A stretch of DNA of 64,000 bases. Source: Nitrosopumilales archaeon. GTDB lineage: Archaea > Thermoproteota > Nitrososphaeria > Nitrososphaerales > Nitrososphaeraceae. Below, piece by piece: positions 38,859-48,594 of the stretch. How positions within the stretch are numbered: position 1 is the first letter of the stretch; each line of letters starts with the position of its first letter. The translations under genes and the position numbers were made by a program. The DNA lies in contig JBIQJB010000001.1 of NCBI GenBank assembly GCA_044507735.1, positions 96,001 to 160,000 on the forward strand, given 5' to 3'. The notes below the pieces were generated by a model that was given only the letters and a program-made list of their open reading frames with translations, did not search any database and was not told the DNA's origin.

Positions 38859-39941
38859 ACCATTTTTTTGAATCTTTTTTACTTTTTTCAAACCTTTCTT
38901 TATTAAGTCCTTGTGTAGGAATCCGACGCTCAAAAACTGCTCTTTTGCATTGTTAATCAACCCGTGAAAATAGGGTCTTCGTCTCTAAGCTACAATTTCG
39001 TTCCGACTGGCGCGCCGCATCGAGGCGATTCTAGGAATTGCTGAGTTATCGTTTCTGGCGTCTCGACGCACTGACGGTGCGAAGCACCCTCGTCCGCACC
39101 GATTCTGCAATCTCTCCATATGTCTTCTACATGGCTCATGCTAGCTTTTCATTTATCTGAATCAGACAGCCGCTGCAGTTCTACTGCTAGTTCCCTTGGA
39201 TATCATCTCATGGACTTGCCAGAAGAATCTCCTTTGCCGTGATTGTACGTTTCATACCTGTTCCTATCTTCGAGCTATGTAAAGTGCTCTTCTTGCCCTA
39301 TTGCGGATCTTCTTGTAGGACTAGACTGATATCGTTGCTTTCGTTTGTGGTTTTTTATCCGCATTTTCTTTTTGAACTCACCTGAGTCATACGCATCTCT
39401 CCTCGGTTGTCACACCCCCATCGAGACCTGCCCTTTCTTCATACCGTCGGCTGTTGCGCCGTGCATGCACAAAGTCAGCTAGTTGCACCTGATGCACCAC
39501 ACGATTGTTGTGTCACGTCTAATCCATTTCAACACAGCTGTCTGTGCATTGATATCTAGAATCTAGAATACGATAATCGACTTGTTACCCGCCTTTTTTC
39601 ATCAAAGTCGCCACCAAACTTTTCGACACACCGAGAAAGAATTGGTTGTATTGTGTATCGTGGAAGGCGTCCTGCTCACTTGCATGAGCTTTAACAGCTG
39701 CTCATGTGCCCTCCCACCGCAACTTGCAGCGAAATCCTGCATCTGGCTCCGAGTGCCTTATCCGGGAATCATCTCAACAGCGCCAGCTGATCATGAATCT
39801 GAGCGGCCATGTCAAGAGCACGAACTACATTCACTCAAGCATCCTTGGGAGACAGGTCAGTTCCGCAACCATGTACTAAAAACAAAATGCTTTTATTGAT
39901 ATCATAATCCATGTACGGGCAATAAGAGGGAGCGATGCTAG

Positions 39942-41468
39942 TTGGTTCTAGAGGTTAAAAAACCGCGTCCAATGTGGGAAATCCTTTTTTCAACTCACCA
40001 TACCGATGTCGGCTTACTCTACATCTACCTGTCCTTGGTCGCGTTCATTATCGGCGGCGCACTGGCCATATCCATACGCACAGAATTATTCATGCCAGGT
40101 GGCGGGGATGTAATTGCAGATTCCAACACTTTCCATAGGATATTCACAGTACACGGTACAACCATGCTCTTCCTGTGGGCCGTACCATTTGCATCAGGCA
40201 TTGGCAACTACCTGATCCCAATTATGGTCAGGTACAAAGACATGGCCTGGCCAAAGCTCAACGGAGTCGCGTTCTGGATGATCCCTGTTGGCTTTGCACT
40301 TATTTGGCTCGGCTTTGCAGATCTTAGCTGGAACGCCTATCCTCCTTACTCTATCATTAGAGCACCAGGACCCGCGGCAGAGATGTGGATCTTTGGGCTA
40401 AAGATACTTGGCATCTCCTCAATTCTAGGGGCCATCAACTTCATAGTTACCATCCTCAAGATGAAACATCCTGATCTACCTCTGATGAGGACTTCGCTTT
40501 TCGTCTGGGCCACACTGATAACTTCAATCATGATACTTGTGGCAATGCCAACCTTTGCGGCCGCGCTAATCATGCTGTACACAGACAGATTGGGGGTGTC
40601 CGGGTTCTTCAATCCCGCAATGGGTGGAGATCCTATAGCCTATCAGCACCTGTTCTGGTTCACGTTCCACCCAGAGGTGTACATCTTCATGATACCTGCC
40701 ATTGGCATTGCGTACGAGATCATACCCAAGTTCTCCAGAAAGCCTATCTTTAGCTATCAATCTGGGGTTACGGCATTTGTGCTACTCGGCATAGTTGGCT
40801 TTGCATCCTGGGCACACCACATGTACGCAACAGGCATGAGCTTCACTGAAAAGACAGTCTTCATGGTCGGCACACTAGCCGCGGTACCTGCATCGGCCAT
40901 GCACATCTTTAACTGGGTTGCAACGATGTGGGGCGGAAGGATCAGGTTCTCAGCACCAATGTCTTTTGTCGTTGGAGGGGTGGTCCTGTTCTTCTATGCA
41001 GGAGCCGGCGGTGTTGTCAACAGCGCCATGCCGCTAGACTTCCTTACACACGACAGCTACTGGGTAGTCGGACACATGCACCTGTTCCTGATGGGCATGA
41101 TTACGTTCGCCTTCATTGGATTCATCTTCTACCTGTTCCCGCTGATTACGGGAAGGATGTACCATGAGAAGGCTGCCATGATACAGTTCTGGCTCATGTT
41201 CGTAGGCGTCTCGCTGATCTTCCTCACGCAGCACATACTTGGTCTCTATGGACAACCTAGGCGCACGTTTGACTATGTGCCTGTAGAACCGCTGATAATC
41301 CTGAACCAGCTATCTACAATAGGCGCATGGATTACTGCAGTAGGAGCCGCGATGTTCCTGTGGAACATGATAAGGAGCGCTTACGCAGGCAAACCCGCCA
41401 AGATGGATGACCCATTCGAGATTGGTGAGCAGTACTATGACTACAGGCGGCGTGAGCCACACCACTAA
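39942..41468 (+). CDS. coxA: Heme-copper oxidase subunit I
   Basis: TVHG, FWFTFHPEVY, WAHHM, GHMH ligand motifs. Confidence 0.97.
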   Translation: MVLEVKKPRPMWEILFSTHHTDVGLLYIYLSLVAFIIGGALAISIRTELFMPGGGDVIADSNTFHRIFTVHGTTMLFLWAVPFASGIGNYLIPIMVRYKDMAWPKLNGVAFWMIPVGFALIWLGFADLSWNAYPPYSIIRAPGPAAEMWIFGLKILGISSILGAINFIVTILKMKHPDLPLMRTSLFVWATLITSIMILVAMPTFAAALIMLYTDRLGVSGFFNPAMGGDPIAYQHLFWFTFHPEVYIFMIPAIGIAYEIIPKFSRKPIFSYQSGVTAFVLLGIVGFASWAHHMYATGMSFTEKTVFMVGTLAAVPASAMHIFNWVATMWGGRIRFSAPMSFVVGGVVLFFYAGAGGVVNSAMPLDFLTHDSYWVVGHMHLFLMGMITFAFIGFIFYLFPLITGRMYHEKAAMIQFWLMFVGVSLIFLTQHILGLYGQPRRTFDYVPVEPLIILNQLSTIGAWITAVGAAMFLWNMIRSAYAGKPAKMDDPFEIGEQYYDYRRREPHH

Positions 41469-41487
41469 TAGTAGGAGAGATTGAGAA

Positions 41488-42345
41488 ATGTCACACGATG
41501 AACATGGACACGAGAACGAACCAATCATCCTGACCTCTGGCAGACGCATGGGTAAGGGGTTGATCATCATAGGCGTCACTATGGCAATAGGTGCTGCAAT
41601 ACTACTGCCATTCTTTGACGCAATGTTTTCGACTCCTCCACCGGTGACACAGATACGCGTTGAAAGGCCCCCCACCCAGCAGCCACCTGCACAAGCGGGA
41701 ACTACGACAATCACGATGCTGGCCGGAGCTGCAACGCAAGGGAACCCTGATTATGATCCAGATGCCGCACAAGTGCCGCTTGGCAACAAGATCGTATGGC
41801 ACAACGAAGATAATGTCCCGCATACTGCAACATCCGGAACTGGACCAACCGATCCTGCCTCTGGGGACTTGTTTGACACCAGCATCGTCCTAGCCGGCGA
41901 GAGCTCGAGTCCTGTTGAACTGACAGGTGTAAGCGAAGGTGACACCATAGATTACTACTGTACTGTCCACCCGTACATGGTAGCCACCATTACCGTGGTC
42001 GCAGCTGAAGAAGGTGGCAGTGGCAGCAGTGGCGATGATGCCGCAGCTGGACCTACAATCACCATCCCTTCAGGAGCAGCAGTGCAAGGCAATACGGCAT
42101 ACGAGCCGGCACAGCTGACTGCAAGTGCTGGGGCAGAAATCACTGTTGTAAACAACGACAACGTCCCCCACACCGTGACCTCTGGGACAGCGAACACAGA
42201 CCCTCAAAGGGGTACGCTCTTCGACACTAGCCTAATCAACGGTGGAGAATCCGGAAAAATATCCCTAGCTGACGTCGCCCCTGGGCAGTATGACTTCTTC
42301 TGCATTGTGCACGAATATATGAAGGGCGTGCTCATAGTAGAATAG
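41488..42345 (+). CDS. Membrane-anchored blue copper protein with two cupredoxin domains
   Basis: PHTATS..YYCTVHPYM and PHTVTS..FFCIVHEYM type-1 Cu motifs. Confidence 0.9.
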   Translation: MSHDEHGHENEPIILTSGRRMGKGLIIIGVTMAIGAAILLPFFDAMFSTPPPVTQIRVERPPTQQPPAQAGTTTITMLAGAATQGNPDYDPDAAQVPLGNKIVWHNEDNVPHTATSGTGPTDPASGDLFDTSIVLAGESSSPVELTGVSEGDTIDYYCTVHPYMVATITVVAAEEGGSGSSGDDAAAGPTITIPSGAAVQGNTAYEPAQLTASAGAEITVVNNDNVPHTVTSGTANTDPQRGTLFDTSLINGGESGKISLADVAPGQYDFFCIVHEYMKGVLIVE

Positions 42346-42356
42346 TAGTAGCAAAA

Positions 42357-42803
42357 ATGCTGCTCAGAGCCCTCTCTTTTTCTACTCTTGCTGTTCTTTT
42401 CTCTTTGATATTTATCGGCGGATATGTTAGTGCCACAGGCGTCGGCCTGTCGTGTCCAGACTGGCCACTATGCCCACAGGGCCTGCTGCCCCACGAAGAC
42501 TTTATCATCGAATACATCCACAGGTCGGTGGCAGCTACTGTCGGCGTGCTTGTGATCGCCACTATGGCATTCACGCTCAAGTCAAAAGAATCTCCAAAGG
42601 GGATGAAAATTGCATCCATCATCGCAGCTGGCGCAGTAGTGGGACAGATTACACTGGGAGCAATAGTGATTGTGGAGCGCTTGCATGCATTGCTCGTCAC
42701 GACACATCTTGGACTTGGGATCGTCCTCTTTTCAATGGTGCTTATGACTGTCCTTTACGCACACAGAATCGAAGGAAAGAGGGCACTGGTCAAGACACAG
42801 TAA
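42357..42803 (+). CDS. ctaA: Short heme A synthase (CtaA/Cox15)
   Basis: GLSCPDWPLC, EYIHR, QITLG, TTHL. Confidence 0.88.
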   Translation: MLLRALSFSTLAVLFSLIFIGGYVSATGVGLSCPDWPLCPQGLLPHEDFIIEYIHRSVAATVGVLVIATMAFTLKSKESPKGMKIASIIAAGAVVGQITLGAIVIVERLHALLVTTHLGLGIVLFSMVLMTVLYAHRIEGKRALVKTQ

Positions 42804-42838
42804 TATAATATACGGGCAAAGCAAACCTACTCTCACAA

Positions 42839-43903
42839 ATGAAGAACGTCCCGGTCCTTCATCTCCTGTTGCCGGCGCTCTCGCTGCTTGTCGTCGTCTC
42901 GGTCATTTCGACGGCCATTCCACCTGCGTATGCTCACTTCTCCCACCTTTCACACTACAACAGCAGAGGTGATGGCGTGGGTCCTTACTATGCCTATGCG
43001 GCTCTTGAGCCAGACTACGCAGCTCCGGGCGAGCCTACAGCGATAATGTTCAGCATCCAAGACGATGAAGGGCAGGATACATACAATATAGAAACCATGG
43101 TCGAAATCTATGCCTCTTCAGGCGAGCGCATCAAGGCGTTCCCATGGACCAAGCAGGATGTGGGCGACTTCGTGTTGTATTACACTTTTCCGCAGGTAGG
43201 GAGCTATCAGGTCGTACTTAGCGTTGCGGACGGTCCTGTCAATACCAACGCAATTGATCCGCCAAGGACGGCGCTTAGCAGCGTAGCCGGCTGCAACTGC
43301 GACCGCGCCGTATTCAACTTTGCAATTTCAAAGGGCTTTGGCCTTGTCTTTAACACAGCTATAGCGGGGGCAGTATTTGGCTCGCTTGGTGTGTTTGGGA
43401 CAGTGCTCGCCGTGACATATTGGGGTAAGAAAAAGAGAGGCGAGTTTGCCAGCGGGCCCGGCAACGTTGCTCCATATGTCGTTACCTTGGCTGCTATTGC
43501 CGGCGGCCTTGTGCATTTTGCGGTATACTCGGAGCACGCCTCGCTTCGATTGGAATACAGTATATTTCTGATTGCTGCGGGGGGAATGCAGGTTGCATAT
43601 GGTATACTCTATACGCTTTTGATGCTGACGGGAACGACCGCTGGCATGACAAGCCCGCGTAGTCACTACCGCAAGAGTGTGGCCATCAACTTGTTTGGCC
43701 TCATCGGGACAGCGGTGTTGTTGGGGTTGTATGCCTATTCTGTGATTCTTCCTCCGCCGCTTTCGCCCACAGGCAGACCTGAAGATGTTGACTTGGCTGG
43801 GATACTGGCCAAGGCAGTGGAGGTGTTTACGCTGATTGGCATCGTCTACTTGATGAGGCTCGAAAAGCGCAGGCTTGAGGGATTTCTTAAAGGGCGCGCC
43901 TGA
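42839..43903 (+). CDS. Exported/membrane protein with His-rich mature N-terminus
   Basis: Signal peptide AYA|HFSHLSH, beta domain with CNC, multiple C-terminal TM helices. Confidence 0.75.
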   Translation: MKNVPVLHLLLPALSLLVVVSVISTAIPPAYAHFSHLSHYNSRGDGVGPYYAYAALEPDYAAPGEPTAIMFSIQDDEGQDTYNIETMVEIYASSGERIKAFPWTKQDVGDFVLYYTFPQVGSYQVVLSVADGPVNTNAIDPPRTALSSVAGCNCDRAVFNFAISKGFGLVFNTAIAGAVFGSLGVFGTVLAVTYWGKKKRGEFASGPGNVAPYVVTLAAIAGGLVHFAVYSEHASLRLEYSIFLIAAGGMQVAYGILYTLLMLTGTTAGMTSPRSHYRKSVAINLFGLIGTAVLLGLYAYSVILPPPLSPTGRPEDVDLAGILAKAVEVFTLIGIVYLMRLEKRRLEGFLKGRA

Positions 43904-43966
43904 CTATCTGATTGACCTTGTCAGCAAGAAAGACATAAAACACCAAGAGGGCGACCCATAAACCAT

Positions 43967-44920
43967 ATGGCTTGGAAAGTAATGATGCCGAAAAAGATCA
44001 TGTTCGGCGAAAACGCAGCAAGGGAATTTCCCTATCCTAAGAATGCTCTTGTAATTACCACGACCACTCCTGACATTTACAACAAGTGGCTGGACTATAT
44101 GGGCATAAAGAATTACGAGCTGTACGACAAGGTTACGCCCGACCCTGCTATCGAAACCATTGAAGCCATAAAGAAGCAGTACGAGGGAAAGAACATCGGC
44201 GCCTACATTGGACTTGGAGGCGGCAGCTCTATGGACGTCTGCAAGTACCTGAGCAAACTTACTGGAATCCCAAAGATCTTGATCCCGACCACATTTGGAA
44301 CAGGGGCCGAGATGACTACTTATGCAGTTATCAGCTTTGACCATAAGAAAAAGCTCTTGCAGGATGAGGCGTTCCTAGCAGACGCGGCCATAGTCGATCC
44401 ATACTTTTTGGCCGGCACCCCGTTCAACATCCTGCGCAACTCTGCATGCGACGCAGCAGCACAGGCATCTGAAGGCTATGATAGCAAGGCCGGCAACCCG
44501 TTCACTCAGTTCTTCTGCAAGGAGGCGTTTGACATTCTCTATGACGCGATCATGAACGACAAGCATCACCTTCTCCCATACGGAGCGATGCTCTCCGGCA
44601 TTGGCTTTGGCAACTCCTCCACAACTCTTGGACATGCGCTGTCTTACGTGTTCTCAAATGAAGGCGTACCGCATGGCTATGCCCTCTCTTCGTGCACCAC
44701 CGTCGCACACAAGTTCAACAACTCTATCTACTACAAACGATTCAAGGAAATAGCACAAAAGCTCAAGTTCGAACCACTGAAGCTAAAGCAACCATTGGAC
44801 CAGGCAGCAGACGTAATCATGCCCGACAGGGGACACCTGGACAATAACCCGATCCCTGTGACCAAGGAAGACGTTATCAAGTGCCTGGACGAGATCGTGA
44901 ACAGCAACCCGCTGCAGTAG
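43967..44920 (+). CDS. Fe-containing alcohol dehydrogenase family, probable malonic semialdehyde reductase of the 3HP/4HB cycle
   Basis: GLGGGSSMDV, IPTTFGTGAEMT, GHALSYVFSNEGVPHG; resembles from memory the Nitrosopumilus enzyme. Confidence 0.8.
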   Translation: MAWKVMMPKKIMFGENAAREFPYPKNALVITTTTPDIYNKWLDYMGIKNYELYDKVTPDPAIETIEAIKKQYEGKNIGAYIGLGGGSSMDVCKYLSKLTGIPKILIPTTFGTGAEMTTYAVISFDHKKKLLQDEAFLADAAIVDPYFLAGTPFNILRNSACDAAAQASEGYDSKAGNPFTQFFCKEAFDILYDAIMNDKHHLLPYGAMLSGIGFGNSSTTLGHALSYVFSNEGVPHGYALSSCTTVAHKFNNSIYYKRFKEIAQKLKFEPLKLKQPLDQAADVIMPDRGHLDNNPIPVTKEDVIKCLDEIVNSNPLQ

Positions 44921-45029
44921 GCTGATCCGATCTTCTTCCACTCTTGTTGTCTCTCCCCTCATTTTTGCAATCTAGTGCAATCATCCGCTGTCAAAACCTT
45001 TAAATTCAGTTCACCAACACAATTCCACG

Positions 45030-45617
45030 ATGACCGTTATCCAAAAGAGCATAGAAATTAACGCTCCAGTCAGCGAAGTATTCACATATTTTGCGAGGCC
45101 AGAGCATATGGCTGACCAGTTCCCAGAGAACATGGGGCTCAACGTTGTCCCGGTCGAAGTCAAGAATGGCTTTGGCGTAGGCACGATTTTCAGGATTAGC
45201 GGAGATTTTGACGGCAAGAAACTTGAATGGGACTGCGAGACCATCGACTATGTCCCCATGCGCAAGATTGTAGCCAAGATGATCGAGGGGCCGTTCAAGA
45301 GCTGGCAGATTACAGTCGACTTTGAAGAACTGGGCGAGAAGAAGAGCAGAACCGGCATGACGGTCGAATATGAGATGCCTATGGGTCCACTTGGAAGCTT
45401 TATGGACAAGGTCAAACTGAAGAAGATAGCCGAGCGTGGAATGGAAAACGGTCTCTACCGCGTAAAGGCGCTGCTTGAAGGCACAGGCTCTATACCAGTA
45501 TACATTACGCTGGACGCCTACCGACACATTCTGAAAGAGAAGGAAAAGCTCAACTGTTCTGTCTCTGAAGCGATTGTGAAGATCATTCAGCAACAACAGC
45601 AGACGGTCAAGGCTTGA
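45030..45617 (+). CDS. SRPBCC/START (polyketide cyclase-like) protein
   Basis: SIEINAPVSEVF, EGPFKSW, YEMPMGPLG. Confidence 0.85.
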   Translation: MTVIQKSIEINAPVSEVFTYFARPEHMADQFPENMGLNVVPVEVKNGFGVGTIFRISGDFDGKKLEWDCETIDYVPMRKIVAKMIEGPFKSWQITVDFEELGEKKSRTGMTVEYEMPMGPLGSFMDKVKLKKIAERGMENGLYRVKALLEGTGSIPVYITLDAYRHILKEKEKLNCSVSEAIVKIIQQQQQTVKA

Positions 45618-45841
45618 GAGTTCTTCCTCCCTTTATTCTTCTACTTTTTGACGCATTTTTTGGCAGATTTTGTTTGCTGATTTCTGGCTGATGCTGTGTT
45701 TGTGTAGTAGCCATCCTGATGTGGCTTGTGCACGTCTTCTTGTGTTTCTATTTTGAAAGTCACAGTAACAAGGTCTTCAAGGAATTGGAGCCTTGCATTC
45801 TAGTACGATTTAAATATCGCTCACTCTAGCAAAATTTCTGC

Positions 45842-45937
45842 GGGTTCGTAGCTCAGCCAGGCAGAGCGTCTGGCTCTTAACCAGTCAGGGAATTATTCTG
45901 GGTTAAAATGTCGAGGGTCCGAATCCCTCCGAACCCG
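45842..45937 (+). tRNA. tRNA-Lys(CUU) with 22-nt intron (45885-45906)
   Basis: Acceptor GGGTTCG/CGAACCC; removing the intron restores stem TCTGG/CCAGA; TTTAAATA box at 45809-45816. Confidence 0.9.
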
Positions 45938-46529
45938 CCTCTCAATCTATCTAATTTTAACATCTTTGCGGCATACTGACAGTTATGGGCTAGCTATGGT
46001 CGGTACCATGGTCTGATATTTTGCTACGTAATACTCATGATCTATCTGCTGCTTTTCCCTTATTCTTTCGCAAAAACTGACAATTGATACTTCTTTCACG
46101 ACATAGACAAATCCGTCCTTTTTCTGCATTACAATTACAATTGGCTATCAAGGTTCAAGCTTATAACATGGGCTCAAATGAGAATAAACAAAGGTTTCTA
46201 TGATGGATTTGACGCACTGTGTATGCTGCCCAACTGGTGAGACATGGGATCGCTTCTTGCGAGTTCCAATTCCGTGAAGATTCAATACTCATTACTTGAA
46301 TGATCATTTTGAATTTGCGTTCTTGGGTTGTCCGGCACGACTCTGGTTGAGCAGCGGTGCTCATAAGCGTCCTTCTATCCTGCCTGCGGCCTGGTGATAG
46401 CCAGTGACGACTATGAGCGGGTCGTCGGGATTTGCATCATTCTTGCGCTAAAAAAGACTCATTCCGTACAAGAAATCCGCCGACACGAAGAGGTACTTAC
46501 AGTAGAAAAAATGGAGAGGGGATCTATTG

Positions 46530-47066
46530 CTAAAATGAGTCCCAGACGTCTTTGACCGTTTTACCTGCTCTGATTAGAGAGCTGAGGGAATCATATTTTC
46601 CGGAATCTTTGAACCATTTAAGATTGATGCCCCAGTCCCTCGGCTCATACATGACTGAATCGTTTTCCACCATGTTGAACAAGCCCACCTGCTTCATCGT
46701 CGGCACTTCGCTTCCTGCATTTCCACCCAACATTTTCCATTCGTATTTGGGTGTACTTGACCATCCAAGATTTATCCCCGTATCTCTCTTTTTGTAGATC
46801 AGAAAACCTCCTCCTCTGACGTAAACTGCAATTGGTTCCTCAAACTTGACAGGTTCCTTTGAGCCGGACGGGCGTTGAAAACGAATGCTGTCCATCTGTG
46901 CAGGGTCCCCCCATACCAGGTTGATTCCCCACGTTCTTTGCCCGTATTTGAGTGCCTGACTGCAAGTTAGGTTCAGCAGGTCGTAGGCAAAGTTTCCGCT
47001 GTCTGGTGCGACTGTTTTTACAGAGGGGTCGTTTGGTACAACTGACCAATCTAATAGTTCTGCCAT
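46530..47066 (-). CDS. Hypothetical protein with three internal repeats
   Basis: Three copies of Y..R.(W/T)GINL.W about 50 aa apart. Confidence 0.8.
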   Translation of the reverse strand: MAELLDWSVVPNDPSVKTVAPDSGNFAYDLLNLTCSQALKYGQRTWGINLVWGDPAQMDSIRFQRPSGSKEPVKFEEPIAVYVRGGGFLIYKKRDTGINLGWSSTPKYEWKMLGGNAGSEVPTMKQVGLFNMVENDSVMYEPRDWGINLKWFKDSGKYDSLSSLIRAGKTVKDVWDSF

Positions 47067-47170
47067 GAGACTTGAATCAAGTGGCGTATACTTAAGATCC
47101 GACCACGCAACTACACTCGGTTACAATGGTTAGCAATAGTCCTAAATATTAGCTAGGTGAATCTATCAGC

Positions 47171-47746
47171 CTGACCACCAAAGAAAAGGGACAATCGTGC
47201 AGATTTTCCAAAAAGTCAACAATTACACTATCAATTTACGACGACATACTTGCGCAATTGCGCCTTGATTCTGAGTTTGAAAATGGTAGCTTGAACCAAA
47301 AGGTAAACAACATTCTTCTTCGATGGCTTTTCTCGTATCGAGCTATAGGCCTCAACGGGGCAATCGTTGTCCCTGGAAAGACTTGGCTCGACATAATCGA
47401 AGCGTTAGGGGAAGACTTTCTCGTTGATGCGATCGATCATGGGACTAGTGTAATTGCTGCAACACTTACCCAGAACGATATCGAACTTACAGTAGATAAT
47501 ATCATCAAGTTTGTGTTTGGTAGAATTTCTATCTATTCGGGAAGCATATTGCATTTTCATCATTATAGAAATAGCTCGGATAATTTGTGTCTGGTATTTG
47601 AGCATCCATTTGGGATAAAATGGTCAAGAGCGCTCGGAAAGTCCTTTTGTCGCCTTTTCAATGAGCAATTTGGACTCCGAACCGATTTGGTGACCTCTGT
47701 CAGAAATATCCACATTGTCGTGCATACAAAGGACCTCTTTGCATAG
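47171..47746 (+). CDS. Putative regulator with N-terminal ribbon-helix-helix-like segment
   Basis: Frame is open upstream of the TTG at 47258 and encodes KKSTITLSIYDDILAQLR..SLNQKVNNIL; start uncertain (CTG 47171?). Confidence 0.6.
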   Translation: MTTKEKGQSCRFSKKSTITLSIYDDILAQLRLDSEFENGSLNQKVNNILLRWLFSYRAIGLNGAIVVPGKTWLDIIEALGEDFLVDAIDHGTSVIAATLTQNDIELTVDNIIKFVFGRISIYSGSILHFHHYRNSSDNLCLVFEHPFGIKWSRALGKSFCRLFNEQFGLRTDLVTSVRNIHIVVHTKDLFA

Positions 47747-47826
47747 CTGCAGATTTTTTCTGGTCTTGTTCACCACGCTGGTCTGCCACTTCTGAAAGGT
47801 CGCAGAGGCGCCTTGTTTGATTATTA

Positions 47827-48546
47827 GGCTCTGTTAACTTAGGGTAATGCGTACAGCTAGGACTGTCCTAGCTTTTTTTCATTGGCATGAATAGAACCAG
47901 AACAGACCCAGCTGTAATCACATATGCACTATACTCGTATTTCAATTCTAGGAGTTTCAGGCTGGCAGCTAAATCCTTGGCACCACTCAAAAAGAGGAGC
48001 CATGTAGCTGTCTGGAAATGGGTTCAGAGATACGCGGATTGTGCAGACCAGTTTAGGACAGACAGAGGCGCCTTGTCAGAGCGATATTTGTCGACGAGAC
48101 CTTGCTCCAGATAGATGGTCATGACTATTGGCTATGGATTGCATATGAACCTGCAATAGACGCGTGTCTGGCCATGCACCTGTCCCGTGAGAGGACCGTT
48201 TTCGTATGCTACCACTTTTTCAAGCAGCAGCTGCGGAGAAGGTACGGAAGGAGACCGATATTCACACAGACGGCGCTCGATGGTACAACGAGGCTTGCAG
48301 GTGGCTCAGGCTACGCCACTATGTCTATGGTACTGAATTGAAGAATTTGATGGAGCGGTTTATCCAGCAGGTCAAGGACAGGACACAGAATGCTTCGACG
48401 ACCACTTTCCATGTAGAAAAGTAGATTGCAACAGGAAGCATGTGTGGAACTGGCTCAAGTTGTTCTTGCTATATTTGGACATGGGGACAGACAGGATACG
48501 GTTCACATTATTTCTGGCTCGGGATGGAGGTTAAGTTAACAGCGCC
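47827..48546 (+). mobile_element. IS6-family insertion sequence (720 bp)
   Basis: TIRs GGCTCTGTTAACTTA / TAAGTTAACAGCGCC (14/15); 8-bp TSD GATTATTA at 47819-47826 and 48547-48554. Confidence 0.9.
47887..48534 (+). pseudogene. IS6-family DDE transposase, three frameshifts
   Basis: SHVAVWKWVQ, FVDET, WLWIAYEP, TDGARWY, ERFIQQVKDRT-ECFDDHFPC spread over frames. Confidence 0.9.
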
Positions 48547-48594
48547 GATTATTATTATAGCTAACTTATTAGTGAGATAATTCTCTCCTAGACT

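Noticed and set aside
39582-39899. 105-aa ORF before coxA
   Set aside because: TTG start, no recognisable features, ends in the putative coxA promoter
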